A stretch of DNA of 64,000 bases from Candidatus Zhuqueibacterota bacterium (GTDB lineage Bacteria; Zhuqueibacterota; Zhuqueibacteria; Thermofontimicrobiales; Thermofontimicrobiaceae). Numbering within the stretch: the first letter of the stretch is position 1; each line of letters starts with the position of its first letter. Location of the stretch: NCBI GenBank assembly GCA_049322915.1, contig JBMOPW010000036.1, positions 96,001-160,000 on the forward strand. Direction: 5' to 3'. The notes below the pieces were generated by a model that was not told where the DNA came from, searched no databases, and saw nothing but the letters and a program-made list of their open reading frames with translations. Of this stretch, positions 27,107 to 37,393 are shown in pieces. A program made the position numbers and the translations under genes.

Positions 27107-28348
27107 ATGAAAAAAAGAGTTCTGGTAACTGGAATGGGAATCATGAGTCCAGTGGGGCATACAATTGATGAATATTGGAATGCTCTCATCAGTGGGAAGA
27201 GCGGTGTGGATTATATTAAAAGCTTTGATGCCAGCAATTTCGACACGACATTTGCTGCAGAAATTAAAAATTTCGACGTTTCGATGTATCTCGATAAAAA
27301 AGAGGCGCGTCGAATGGATACCTTCACCCAATATGCAGTCGTCGCAGCTCAATTGGCCGTACAGAATACCGGACTCAATTTAGAAAAAGAAAATCTTGAG
27401 CGCATTGGTGTCATCCTGGGCTCGGGAATTGGGGGAATGGATACCTTTGAACGGGAATATGCCAATTATTTTGAACGCGGTCCCAGAAAAATCAGCCCGT
27501 TCTTCATTCCAATGATGATTCCGGATATCGCTCCCGGTTACATCAGCATTCGATATGGTTTCAAAGGACCAAATTATTCCACCATCTCTGCCTGCGCTTC
27601 CAGCTCGCACGCCATTGGAAGTGCGTTCCGCACCATTCAGTACGGGGAGGCGGATGTCATGGTGACCGGCGGTTCTGAAGCCACAGTGACGCCCATGGGC
27701 GTTGGCGGTTTCAATGCATTGAAAGCCCTGTCCACACGAAATGACAATCCGCAGAAAGCCAGTCGTCCTTTTGACGCCGAGCGGGATGGATTTGTCATCG
27801 GCGAAGGGGCTGGCATTTTAATCCTGGAGTCGGAAGAACATGCCCTCAACCGGGGAGCAACCATCTATGGAGAGATCATTGGCGTTGCATACACAGGAGA
27901 TGCTTATCACATCACAGCGCCACCGCCGGATGCAAACGGCGCTGAGCGCGTCATGCGAAATGCGCTGATAGATGCCGGCATCACCATCAACGACGTTGAT
28001 TATATCAATGCCCATGGCACATCGACGCTGCCCAATGATAAAATCGAAACGCTCGCGATCAAAAAAGTGTTTGGAGAACGCGCAAGAAAAATCCCCATCA
28101 GTTCCACCAAATCCATGATCGGTCATTTGCTGGGAGCATCGGGGAGCCTGGAACTCATTGCATCGATCCTGACAACGAAGTTTGATAAAATTCACCCGAC
28201 GATGAATTACGAAAACCCGGATCCAGAGTGCGACCTGGATTATACGCCGAATAAAGCGATCGATCGGACAGTACACATCGCAATATCCAATTCGTTTGGG
28301 TTTGGCGGGCACAATGTCTGTCTCGTCGTAAAAAAATACACATCCTAA
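27107..28348 (+). CDS. fabF: 3-oxoacyl-ACP synthase II
   Basis: SACASS, NAHGTST, GHLLGA, NSFGFGGHN. Confidence 0.97.
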   Translation: MKKRVLVTGMGIMSPVGHTIDEYWNALISGKSGVDYIKSFDASNFDTTFAAEIKNFDVSMYLDKKEARRMDTFTQYAVVAAQLAVQNTGLNLEKENLERIGVILGSGIGGMDTFEREYANYFERGPRKISPFFIPMMIPDIAPGYISIRYGFKGPNYSTISACASSSHAIGSAFRTIQYGEADVMVTGGSEATVTPMGVGGFNALKALSTRNDNPQKASRPFDAERDGFVIGEGAGILILESEEHALNRGATIYGEIIGVAYTGDAYHITAPPPDANGAERVMRNALIDAGITINDVDYINAHGTSTLPNDKIETLAIKKVFGERARKIPISSTKSMIGHLLGASGSLELIASILTTKFDKIHPTMNYENPDPECDLDYTPNKAIDRTVHIAISNSFGFGGHNVCLVVKKYTS

Positions 28349-28371
28349 AAGAACTTCAACATTGACCTGTT

Positions 28372-29133
28372 ATGTTAGAAAAAATTTCCACCCTTTTTTC
28401 ACGAATAATTCGGCGACACTCTAAAAACGGTTATTTATCTGAAAATGATATTTTGCAGATCGAGGCACGGCTCAATTACCAGTTCAAAAATAAGAGCTTA
28501 ATCATTCAGGCCTTGAAACATCGCTCATTTCTATCCGTTTCGAACGAATCCAGGCTATTGTCGAATGAACGGTTGGAGTTGTTGGGCGATTCTGTGATAG
28601 GCATGGTGGTCACCGAGTTCCTCTATAAAAAGTATCCCATCAAAGAAGAGGGGGAGCTAACTTCAATCAAATCCTTGTTGGTCAGCCGAAAGATTCTGGC
28701 CAGGATCGCCAAGAATATCGGTGTCGGCGATGCCATGTTGCTCAATGAGGCGGAAGAACGGGCCGGGGGACGAAATCGGGCTTCAATATTGGCCGATGCC
28801 ATCGAGGCGGTCATTGGCGCCATTTACCTGGATGGTGGACTGGATACGGTTGTTGCTTTCATAAATGATAAATTGTTGGTTCAATGCGATGAAATTATAA
28901 CTGCTGATCATAATAAAAATTTCAAGAGCATGTTGTTGGAATATTCACAGAGTAAAAATATGGGCCTCCCGCAGTACATTGTCAAAAACGAAGAAGGTCC
29001 GGATCACGATAAAGTATTCACCATCGAGGTGTTGATCAATAATCAGGTTTTAGGTTTAGGAAAAGGGAATAGCAAGAAGCGAGCAGAGCAAATGTCTGCC
29101 AAAAACGCGCTTAAAAAATTGAATCTAATTTGA
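28372..29133 (+). CDS. rnc: Ribonuclease III
   Basis: NERLELLGDSV, DAIEAVIGAIYLD, dsRBD GKGNSKKRAEQ. Confidence 0.96.
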   Translation: MLEKISTLFSRIIRRHSKNGYLSENDILQIEARLNYQFKNKSLIIQALKHRSFLSVSNESRLLSNERLELLGDSVIGMVVTEFLYKKYPIKEEGELTSIKSLLVSRKILARIAKNIGVGDAMLLNEAEERAGGRNRASILADAIEAVIGAIYLDGGLDTVVAFINDKLLVQCDEIITADHNKNFKSMLLEYSQSKNMGLPQYIVKNEEGPDHDKVFTIEVLINNQVLGLGKGNSKKRAEQMSAKNALKKLNLI

Positions 29134-29150
29134 CCGCTTGGAGGAAAAAT

Positions 29151-30314
29151 ATGAACTATTTTTTCACTGAAGAACAGAGAGAGTTGCAGAAGTTAGCTCG
29201 GAAAGTAGCTGAAGAAAAAGTAAAACCGGTGGCAGCTTATTATGATCAGCACGAAGAATTCCCGTGGGAGTTAGTCAAATTGTTCGCTGAGTTGGACTTT
29301 TTCAGACTCTGCATTGAAGAAGAGTACGGCGGTATGGGAGGCGGCGTTACAGAATTGGCAATTATCACAGAGGAACTGTCTCGCGCATGCGGAGGAATTT
29401 CACTGTCCGTCGCTGCATCAGCACTGGGGATGTTCCCGATCATCATTAGCGGCACCCCGGAGCAGAAACAAAAATATCTCCCGGATCTGGCGGATGGCAA
29501 GCATTTAGCCGGATTTTGTCTCACAGAACCGGAAGCTGGCTCGGATGCCGGCGCGATTAAGACTCGTGCCGTGCTCGATGGTGACCATTATATATTAAAT
29601 GGGAAAAAACATTTCATCACCAATGGCAGCGTGGCCAAGGTGTATACCGTAATCGCTTCAACCGATCCCTCCAAGGGAAGTCGCGGAGCAACGGCCTTTA
29701 TCGTAGAAGAAGGATTCCAGGGCCTGTCCTATGGTAAAAAAGAGGACAAAATGGGAATCCGCGCGTCGGCGACCAGCGAAGTAATTTTTGAAGATTGTCG
29801 CGTGCCGGTTGCCAATAGAATTGGCGCAGAAGGTCAGGGTTTCATCGTCGCCATGAAAACTCTGGATAAATCAAGACCTGGCGTTGCAGCCCAGGCTCTG
29901 GGTATCGCTCAGGGCGCCTATGATCTGGCTGTAGAATACTCCCGACAGCGCGAGCAGTTTGGTCAGTCCATTGTTTCATTCCAGGCGATTCAATTCATGC
30001 TCGCCGATATGGCAATCCAAATCGAAGCGGCACGTTCGCTCATCTATGCCACAGCGAGAATGATTGACTCGGGTGAAAAAAATATCGCCAAAGAATCCGC
30101 GATGTGCAAAGTCATGGCATCCGATGTTGCTATGAAGGTAGCCACCGATGCAGTGCAGATTTTCGGTGGTTATGGTTACATGAAAGATTATCCCATCGAG
30201 AAGTTCATGCGCGATGCGAAAATTACCCAGATTTATGAAGGAACAAACCAGATTCAGCGCCTGGTGATCGCACGCAATATCATCAGAGAAGGAGCCAGTG
30301 TCGCGAAGAAGTAG
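29151..30314 (+). CDS. Acyl-CoA dehydrogenase (butyryl-CoA dehydrogenase-like)
   Basis: FCLTEPEAGSD, LNGKKHFITNG, QIFGGYGY, IYEGTNQIQR; ATG 29151 after GAGG. Confidence 0.93.
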   Translation: MNYFFTEEQRELQKLARKVAEEKVKPVAAYYDQHEEFPWELVKLFAELDFFRLCIEEEYGGMGGGVTELAIITEELSRACGGISLSVAASALGMFPIIISGTPEQKQKYLPDLADGKHLAGFCLTEPEAGSDAGAIKTRAVLDGDHYILNGKKHFITNGSVAKVYTVIASTDPSKGSRGATAFIVEEGFQGLSYGKKEDKMGIRASATSEVIFEDCRVPVANRIGAEGQGFIVAMKTLDKSRPGVAAQALGIAQGAYDLAVEYSRQREQFGQSIVSFQAIQFMLADMAIQIEAARSLIYATARMIDSGEKNIAKESAMCKVMASDVAMKVATDAVQIFGGYGYMKDYPIEKFMRDAKITQIYEGTNQIQRLVIARNIIREGASVAKK

Positions 30315-30340
30315 GTAGCATCATCCCGAGAATTGCCAAC

Positions 30341-30378
30341 AAGCCCTGGAATAATTGTTCGATTATCCAGGGCTTTTT
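30341..30378 (+). terminator. Rho-independent terminator
   Basis: aagccctgga...tccagggctt plus T run. Confidence 0.8.
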
Positions 30379-30581
30379 ATGCGGGATAGACGAACGCCGG
30401 TGCACCGTTGAGAGCGTTGAAAGAATCTTGAACTCACCTCTGTGATATAATATTCTTATCAAATATGTAATTTTTTGCTTGATTTAATGAAATAAATTTA
30501 TTAGTTTTATTCTGTCACCTGAGCACCGATTTGGACTAATGACGGCGCTCAGTTTGACAGGGATTTTTAAACAAATTTTGC

Positions 30582-30610
30582 TTGCATATCTCGAATCAAA
30601 TTCTTATATT
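30582..30610 (+). promoter_or_regulatory. Sigma70-type promoter of ffh
   Basis: TTGCAT-N17-TATATT. Confidence 0.55.
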
Positions 30611-30681
30611 TATCGATTTATTTTCCGAACGTTTTCGACTGATTGTCCTGAATACAGAACAACGGAAGTGGACAAAGTGCG

Positions 30682-31998
30682 ATGTTCCAAGATTTGACTG
30701 ATAAGTTGGAAGTTGTTTTAAAGAAGCTGAAGGGGCACGGAAAGCTCACTGAAAAAAATATCGCGGAATCATTGAAAGAAGTGAGACGCGTTCTTTTGGA
30801 AGCTGACGTGAATTTTAAAGTCGCCAAGTCGTTCATTTCAGCGGTTCAGGAAAAAGCGTTAGGTCAAGCGGTTTTAAAAAGTATTACCCCGGGGCAGCAG
30901 ATTGTGAAGATCATTCATGATGAATTGACTCACATCATGGGAGAGTCTGAAGCTGCGGTAAATTTATCCGGCGCATTTCCTGCTGTGATCATGTTGTGCG
31001 GATTGCAGGGGTCTGGCAAAACAACCCTAGCAGGAAAATTAGCAAGACATTTCTCGAACCAGGGAAAAAAACCGGTATTAGCAGCGGCTGATATTTACAG
31101 GCCGGCTGCCCAGAAACAGTTGGAAATTGTAGCGGAACAAATCGGAACGCCTGTCATTTCCGAGGCATCCAATTCTGCAGTGAACATCTGTAAAAGCGCG
31201 GTTGATTATGCCCGTTCGAATGGCTACGATCTGGTGATACTGGATACAGCAGGTCGCTTGCATATTGATCAGCAGATGATGCAGGAGTTGCTGGATATAA
31301 AACAGCAGACAAAGCCGCAGGAAATTCTGTTCGTGGCAGATGGCATGACAGGCCAGGATGCCGTGAATACTGCCAAGGAGTTTCTGAACTGGCTGGAGTT
31401 CGATGGAGTGGTGCTCACCAAAATGGATGGGGATGCGCGCGGCGGTGCTGCCTTGTCCATTCGAACGGTGACGCAGAAGCCAATCAAGTTTATCAGTATT
31501 GGTGAAAAGCTGGATGCACTGGAGTCGTTTCACCCTGAACGGATGGCATCCCGAATTTTAGGGATGGGCGATATTGTAACCCTGGTGGAAAAAGCCCAGC
31601 AAACGGTCGACCGTGAACAGGCTGAAAAATTAGAACGTAAGCTGCGACGACAGGAATTCACGTTGCAGGATTTTTACGACCAGTTGCAACAAATAAAAAA
31701 AATGGGACCGCTGGATCAGCTTATAGGAATGCTCCCGGGTGCAAGAAGCTCCATGCTCAAAGGCTTGAAAGTGGATGATCATTCGTTCGTTAAAATTGAA
31801 GCGATGATCAATTCCATGACGCCGGAAGAACGTCAGCGCCCTCAAATCATTAATGGGAGTCGCAGGAAAAGAATCTCCATGGGTAGTGGCACGCAAGTGC
31901 AGGATGTCAATCAGCTTCTGAAGCAATTTCAGATGATGCAAAAGATGATGAAGAATATTAACAAAGTTGGATTTAAAGGTCTTCCGTTTCGGTTCTAA
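30682..31998 (+). CDS. ffh: Signal recognition particle protein
   Basis: GLQGSGKTT, DTAGR, TKMDGDARGG, M domain. Confidence 0.98.
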   Translation: MFQDLTDKLEVVLKKLKGHGKLTEKNIAESLKEVRRVLLEADVNFKVAKSFISAVQEKALGQAVLKSITPGQQIVKIIHDELTHIMGESEAAVNLSGAFPAVIMLCGLQGSGKTTLAGKLARHFSNQGKKPVLAAADIYRPAAQKQLEIVAEQIGTPVISEASNSAVNICKSAVDYARSNGYDLVILDTAGRLHIDQQMMQELLDIKQQTKPQEILFVADGMTGQDAVNTAKEFLNWLEFDGVVLTKMDGDARGGAALSIRTVTQKPIKFISIGEKLDALESFHPERMASRILGMGDIVTLVEKAQQTVDREQAEKLERKLRRQEFTLQDFYDQLQQIKKMGPLDQLIGMLPGARSSMLKGLKVDDHSFVKIEAMINSMTPEERQRPQIINGSRRKRISMGSGTQVQDVNQLLKQFQMMQKMMKNINKVGFKGLPFRF

Positions 31999-32036
31999 AG
32001 AAACGGAAAATAATTTTGAATTAGGAGGTATGTGAA

Positions 32037-32504
32037 TTGTCAGTAAAATTACGTCTAACTCGCGCCGGAAAAAAGAAACAACCGTTTTATAGAATAGTAG
32101 CCATTGACTCTCGGAATAGACGGGATGGAAAATGTATTGAAAAGATTGGGCACTATAATCCATTACCAGATCCGGTAGAACTGCTTATTAATGAAGAAAA
32201 GGCATTGCAATGGCTGAATCGCGGTGCCATCCCTTCGGACACTGTCCGAAATTTACTGAGCAAGCAGGGTATCATGCTCAAATGGGATTTAATGAAGAGA
32301 GGCTATGATGAAGCACGTATCAATGAAGAATTCAAGAAGTGGGAAGTGCTTCAGCTAGAGCAGAAGAAAAAGGCAGAAGCTCTGGCCGCTCAATCAAAAC
32401 GCGAAACGGATGATAAGAAAACAGAAGTGAAAAAAGAAGCAGAAGCTGAACCTGCCCCTGTGGCCGAACCTGAAGTCCCAGTCGAAGGTAATGCAACTGT
32501 TTAA
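32037..32504 (+). CDS. rpsP: 30S ribosomal protein S16 (C-terminally extended)
   Basis: [25 protein letters not shown]...IGHYNP. Confidence 0.96.
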   Translation: MSVKLRLTRAGKKKQPFYRIVAIDSRNRRDGKCIEKIGHYNPLPDPVELLINEEKALQWLNRGAIPSDTVRNLLSKQGIMLKWDLMKRGYDEARINEEFKKWEVLQLEQKKKAEALAAQSKRETDDKKTEVKKEAEAEPAPVAEPEVPVEGNATV

Positions 32505-32755
32505 GAATCTCCAACAGTTGCGACGAATGAAGCCATCGAAAATCGAATGAGTTGATGCTCCAGTATTTTAGAATTCGTTTGAGTTGGAATGTCCTGGGGG
32601 TTACTTTAAATGCGACAGAATTCGTAGAATTCAATGCTGTGTTGTACATATAAATAAATAGCACCTGATCGTGGCCGGTTTCACATCTCGCACCTATAAT
32701 CAGGAGGGGTATTGTGTACGGACGCTGTTGAGCACATGGTATAGGAGGTTCAGAA

Positions 32756-32986
32756 ATGAAAGAATTCATCGAGTACATCGCAAAGCATTTAGTCGACAAA
32801 CCGGACGAAGTCATCGTTAACGAAATTGATGGCGAACGAACTGTAGTCTACGAATTACGAGTCGGCTTTGGTGACCTGGGAAAAGTAATTGGAAAAAGGG
32901 GACAGACAGCGAAATCCATTCGAATTCTGTTGGCTGCGGCTTCAGCAAAAAGAGGAAAGCGAGCAGTTCTGGAGATCCTTGAATAA
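32756..32986 (+). CDS. khpA: KH-domain RNA-binding protein (KhpA/YlqC)
   Basis: [17 protein letters not shown]; conserved position between rpsP and rimM. Confidence 0.92.
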   Translation: MKEFIEYIAKHLVDKPDEVIVNEIDGERTVVYELRVGFGDLGKVIGKRGQTAKSIRILLAAASAKRGKRAVLEILE

Positions 32987-33055
32987 CTCTTCGACAAGGT
33001 TTCGCTTTGTTGAAGAAAATAGCGTAACAAGGGAGCTGTTGTTATACAGAGTTTC

Positions 33056-33571
33056 ATGAAAAAACGTCCTGATTTTATTTCCATTGGTGTCATCTCGAAC
33101 GCGCATGGTATCAAAGGCGAGATGGTTGTAAAACCATTCACAGATGAGTTGCAGCAATTTGAGAAACGACATGAAGTATTTGTGACACGTCCCGGTGGGC
33201 AACGCGAAACCATGACCAGCGAGACAGGCAAAGTTCTCAAAGATAAGGTCATTGTCAGATTCGCTGGAATAACAACCCGGGACGAGGCCTTGGCTCTCAA
33301 AGGCGCTTTCATTGAAAAGCGAATTCAGGACTGTGAATCTCTACCATCTGATGAATTCTATATCTTTGATCTTATCGGTTTGGAAGTATACACCACTCAA
33401 GACAAATATCTGGGTGAACTCGCTGATGTTTTAACTTTGACTGCCAATGATGTTTACGTGGTTCATAACGGCGAAAACGAGTTGTTAATACCGGCAATCA
33501 AAGATGTAGTAAAAAGCATCGACCTGAGACGAGGAGTTGTCATCATCGAACCGATTGATGGATTGCTATAA
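33056..33571 (+). CDS. rimM: Ribosome maturation factor RimM
   Basis: AHGIKGE, EFYIFDLIGLEV, ANDV, LIPA. Confidence 0.94.
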   Translation: MKKRPDFISIGVISNAHGIKGEMVVKPFTDELQQFEKRHEVFVTRPGGQRETMTSETGKVLKDKVIVRFAGITTRDEALALKGAFIEKRIQDCESLPSDEFYIFDLIGLEVYTTQDKYLGELADVLTLTANDVYVVHNGENELLIPAIKDVVKSIDLRRGVVIIEPIDGLL

Positions 33572-33651
33572 CCGTTATGGCTCGCTGTGAAGATGTTTTT
33601 TATTGAACGAGTATGATTTCGAAATAAAGTGAAAGACTTTTTCGTCTGTAA

Positions 33652-34377
33652 ATGAAAATTCATATTATTACAGCCTTTCCCAACTTGCTCAATGGACCGT
33701 TGGACGAGAGCATTATCAAGCGAGGGCGGGAAAAAAAGTTCATTGAAATTTTTATACATGATTTAAGACTCTATAGTTCGGATAAACACCACAGGGTCGA
33801 TGATTATCCCTATGGTGGTGGTCCCGGAATGATTTTAAAGCCGGAACCTATTTTTGCCTGTCTTGAATCGTTATTAGAGATATATAAAATTGAGGATCCC
33901 CATTTAATTTTCCTCACACCTCAGGGCAAAACATTTCATCAGACCAAAGCAATTGAGTTGTCTCAGAAGAATGAATTGATTTTTCTCTGCGGTCACTATA
34001 AAGGTGTGGATGAACGGGTACGGGAATATTGGAAATTTGATGAAATCTCGATAGGGGATTATGTTCTAACCGGCGGAGAACTGCCGGCACTGGTCGTCAT
34101 TGATGCGGTGATCCGTCTGATTCCGGGCGTGATAAGTGATATCAATTCTGCAAAGACCGATTCGTTCTATCAGAATCGGCTGGATTGTCCTTATTACACC
34201 CGCCCTGAAGAGTTCAGGGGAATGCGCGTTCCTGACGTCCTTTTGTCAGGGCATCATGCTCAGATAAATGAATGGCGAGAGCAGGAATCTCTCAAGAGAA
34301 CTCAATTGGTCCGAAATGACCTTTTGGAAAACACGATAGAAACTAAAGATGGTAGTTTTGGAGATAAAAAAGAATAA
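33652..34377 (+). CDS. trmD: tRNA (guanine37-N1)-methyltransferase
   Basis: VDDYPYGGGPGM, CGHYKGVDER, SIGDYVLTGGE. Confidence 0.97.
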   Translation: MKIHIITAFPNLLNGPLDESIIKRGREKKFIEIFIHDLRLYSSDKHHRVDDYPYGGGPGMILKPEPIFACLESLLEIYKIEDPHLIFLTPQGKTFHQTKAIELSQKNELIFLCGHYKGVDERVREYWKFDEISIGDYVLTGGELPALVVIDAVIRLIPGVISDINSAKTDSFYQNRLDCPYYTRPEEFRGMRVPDVLLSGHHAQINEWREQESLKRTQLVRNDLLENTIETKDGSFGDKKE

Positions 34378-34392
34378 TGAGGAGGTTGTTTA

Positions 34393-34734
34393 ATGAATAA
34401 GGTGGATATGGCTGTTGCGAACCAGGTGCGTACGGATTTACCTGACTTCAGGCCTGGTGATACGGTGCAAGTTCATGTGAAAGTGATTGAAGGGGATAAG
34501 GAACGTATTCAGGTTTTCGAAGGAATTGTGATCAAACGAAAAGGGAAAGGCATGAATGCCACATTTACCGTCCGAAAAATTTCTGAGGGTATTGGCGTCG
34601 AGCGTATTTTCCCATTACATTCGCCCAGAATTTCTGAGATTAAGCGTCTTAAAGCGGGTCGTGTGAGACGAGCGAAATTGTACTACCTCCGCGGCTTGCG
34701 AGGGAAAGCAGCGCGCATCGATGAAAAACGCTAA
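34393..34734 (+). CDS. rplS: 50S ribosomal protein L19
   Basis: [32 protein letters not shown]. Confidence 0.98.
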   Translation: MNKVDMAVANQVRTDLPDFRPGDTVQVHVKVIEGDKERIQVFEGIVIKRKGKGMNATFTVRKISEGIGVERIFPLHSPRISEIKRLKAGRVRRAKLYYLRGLRGKAARIDEKR

Positions 34735-34769
34735 TTGCGTCTCTGTGAATTTAGAGCATTCAAATTATG

Positions 34770-34802
34770 AAACCGTTGTCGAGTACTCGATCGCGGTTTT
34801 TT
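34770..34802 (+). terminator. Terminator after rplS
   Basis: aaaccg..tcgag-ctcga..cggttt plus T run. Confidence 0.6.
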
Positions 34803-34912
34803 AATTGAAATTCATTTGAGTTTTCATGATGCAAATCCGGATACATGAAGCCATGACACAACTGGATCCGATGAATACACAATGATGGGTTAAATCCCTG
34901 CCAAATAAACTG

Positions 34913-34941
34913 TTGACTTTTGATATAAGATTTCTTATATT
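34913..34941 (+). promoter_or_regulatory. Sigma70-type promoter of the tRNA
   Basis: TTGACT-N17-TATATT. Confidence 0.65.
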
Positions 34942-34974
34942 TTGGGCCGTTAAAATCAACAGCCCATTCACTTT

Positions 34975-35047
34975 GGACCCATAGCTCAGTTGGTAGAGCA
35001 GCGGACTCATAATCCGTTAGTCGTAGGTTCGAGTCCTACTGGGTCCA
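34975..35047 (+). tRNA. tRNA with CAT anticodon, most likely tRNA-Ile2 (lysidine-modified); CCA not encoded
   Basis: GGACCCA acceptor stem pairs with TGGGTCC; D arm TAGCTCAGTTGGTAGAGC; anticodon arm GCGGA-CTCATAA-TCCGT; T arm GGTTCGAGTCC. Confidence 0.93.
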
Positions 35048-35055
35048 CAAAATTT

Positions 35056-35091
35056 GGCCTTTAAGAATTAATATCATAGAGGCCTTTTTTT
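35056..35091 (+). terminator. Terminator after the tRNA
   Basis: ggcctt...gaggcc followed by T7. Confidence 0.55.
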
Positions 35092-35460
35092 ATTTATTCA
35101 ATATGCTTCCGCACTCTATATTCCTTTTCCATTTTTCACCATCGTAACTCCAGTTCTTCCCTTTTTTAAACGTTAGTCATGTATTTGGCGCGCGTGCCGG
35201 GTTCTTTCCAACGATTTCCAGTCTGAGTTCGATTATTTATTTTTGTAGTCATTCCACCAGTTTCTGAATTCGCCGGCAGACTGGCGACGGCTGGCGGTCC
35301 GATTTTCAAAAGTTGACTCTTCTCACTCCATTGGATTGATTTACCTGCCTATATTTTGGGGAGCACTATTCACTCTAAAAAGTCCTCATTTAAATATGTT
35401 ATTCTTCCGATAACTTCATTAACAATGCATGCTGAACAAACATGTCCAGAAAAATTGCCC

Positions 35461-37116
35461 ATGAACAAATGGATCATCGCGGTGCTCGTGCTGGTTTCCG
35501 GGTTTCAAGCGAACGACCGCAACTCGTCAGATATTTTTATTCGCGTGAATCAGGCCGGGTATTTGCCCAATGATATCAAAATAGCGGTGCTATTCACGAA
35601 CGCTGAATTGAGCGGCGCTGAATTCAACCTGGTGAACAGCGTAAATAATACAATCGTGCTGGCCGGACCATTGCAGGGAAAATCACCCGGCTGTGAAAAT
35701 TTCTCATTTTGTTATGAAATTGATTTTACTGATTTTCATCAGTCAGGGGGCTATTATTTGCAGGTTCGCGGCAGACGCTCACCGGAATTCCGCATTCACG
35801 AATCCACCTACGACGGTATGGTGGATTCACTGCTGCTGTTTTTCAAGGTACAGCGCTGTGGATTCACCGAGCCTCTTCTGCACAAGCCGTGCCACTATTT
35901 CGACGCGACATCTGTCATTCTGGACCGCGCGAAATTGGACGAACAGGTAGATGTCACCGGCGGTTGGCATGACGCCGGTGACTATACCAAATTTCTGAAC
36001 ACCACTGCCTACGCCACATATACGCTGCTGCTTGCCTATCAACTCAATCCGATAAAATTCACCACAGACGCGGATCAAAATGAAATCCCTGATATTCTGG
36101 ATGAGGCCAAAATTGGTCTGGACTGGCTTTTGAAACTGATTTACAAAAACGATCGATTCATCGTTCAAATCCAGGACTTGCGGGATCACGCCCAGGGTTG
36201 GCGGCTGCCGGAAAATGACAAGCTGCTGACCGACCGGCCGGCGTTTGTAGGGATCGGCAAAAACCTGATCGGTATTTATTCAGCTACTATGGCGCTGGCG
36301 TATCGCATCTGGAGCAATATTCCCGGGGGATACGCCTTTGCTGATAACTGCCTCACATCGGCGGAAAATATGTACTCCATTCATAATGATGTGCCGGATG
36401 TCGATAAAAGCGGGAGCGGCGGCGTTTATCAGGATTCTAAATTTCAGGGTAAATTGGCGCTGGCCGCGATTGAATTGTATTTAGCGACAGGGCGGCAAGA
36501 TTATCTGAAGGATGCCAAAAGATTGGCCGATGCGGCTGGTTCGGATTATTGGTGGAGCTGGGGCGATATCAACGCGTACGCGCACTACCGCATCGCTAAA
36601 ATTGACACCAGTTTTCGAAAATACCTTCGCGACAATCTGATATTTTTTCAAAAGCAGATGAACCAGCACACGTTCGGCGAAGCAACGCGCGACACGTGGG
36701 GCTCGAACAGCACCATCCTCGGTGTTGCGTTGCAAGCGATCTTGTGGAAAGACCTCACCGGCGAAGCGACATTTGACACGCTGGCTGTGATTCAGCGGGA
36801 TTACATTCTCGGGAGGAATCAATGGGGGGTTAGTTTTATTTACAACATCGGCACGACGTTTTCGAAAAATTTCCATTCCCAGGTTGCCTGGTTCAATGGC
36901 AATCGGTTGCCGGGAGCTGTCGCTGCCGGTTCAATCAGTCGCGCCCGTTTGGCCGGATACAACATCCCCTACCAATCGCCGGACATCTTCGAAAAGTTCC
37001 AGACCGACGGGGCTGTGTACCGCGATGACCGCATGGATTATGTCACCAACGAACCCACCATAACGGCCAATGCCACGGCTGTGTTTGTGATGTCCTATTT
37101 TTCCCCGCCGTATTGA
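35461..37116 (+). CDS. Secreted glycoside hydrolase family 9 with an N-terminal Ig-like domain
   Basis: IRVNQAGY, DVTGGWHDAGDYTKF, DYILGRN, YRDDRMDYVTNEPTITANA; signal peptide from ATG 35461. Confidence 0.92.
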   Translation: MNKWIIAVLVLVSGFQANDRNSSDIFIRVNQAGYLPNDIKIAVLFTNAELSGAEFNLVNSVNNTIVLAGPLQGKSPGCENFSFCYEIDFTDFHQSGGYYLQVRGRRSPEFRIHESTYDGMVDSLLLFFKVQRCGFTEPLLHKPCHYFDATSVILDRAKLDEQVDVTGGWHDAGDYTKFLNTTAYATYTLLLAYQLNPIKFTTDADQNEIPDILDEAKIGLDWLLKLIYKNDRFIVQIQDLRDHAQGWRLPENDKLLTDRPAFVGIGKNLIGIYSATMALAYRIWSNIPGGYAFADNCLTSAENMYSIHNDVPDVDKSGSGGVYQDSKFQGKLALAAIELYLATGRQDYLKDAKRLADAAGSDYWWSWGDINAYAHYRIAKIDTSFRKYLRDNLIFFQKQMNQHTFGEATRDTWGSNSTILGVALQAILWKDLTGEATFDTLAVIQRDYILGRNQWGVSFIYNIGTTFSKNFHSQVAWFNGNRLPGAVAAGSISRARLAGYNIPYQSPDIFEKFQTDGAVYRDDRMDYVTNEPTITANATAVFVMSYFSPPY

Positions 37117-37393
37117 CAGAGAGTTTGCTGAGAAATCCACCAGGCCTCGTCTCCGAGTCAGGAAGATTAAGATTAGCGTTAGAATTTTTCAATTCAATAA
37201 TAATACTTCAGCATCATGCGCTTCGAATGTGGATATTGGCTTTTAGATTCCTACCGCCAAAAAAATGTAAGCAGGGAATTCTTTTCATTATGATAATTGA
37301 GTCAAGTCACCCATCTTTTGTATTATAAAGAAAGATAAATCCGTGCTAAACAGTGTCATCCGCGCTCAATGCTTTGTTTTCAAGGTTACTTAA

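Noticed and set aside
30512..30560. SRP (4.5S) RNA next to ffh
   Set aside because: Lacks the conserved domain IV internal loops and GGAA tetraloop; kept only as an unassigned hairpin
34975..35047. tRNA as the attachment site of an integrated island
   Set aside because: No integrase and no repeated tRNA 3' end noticed in the window
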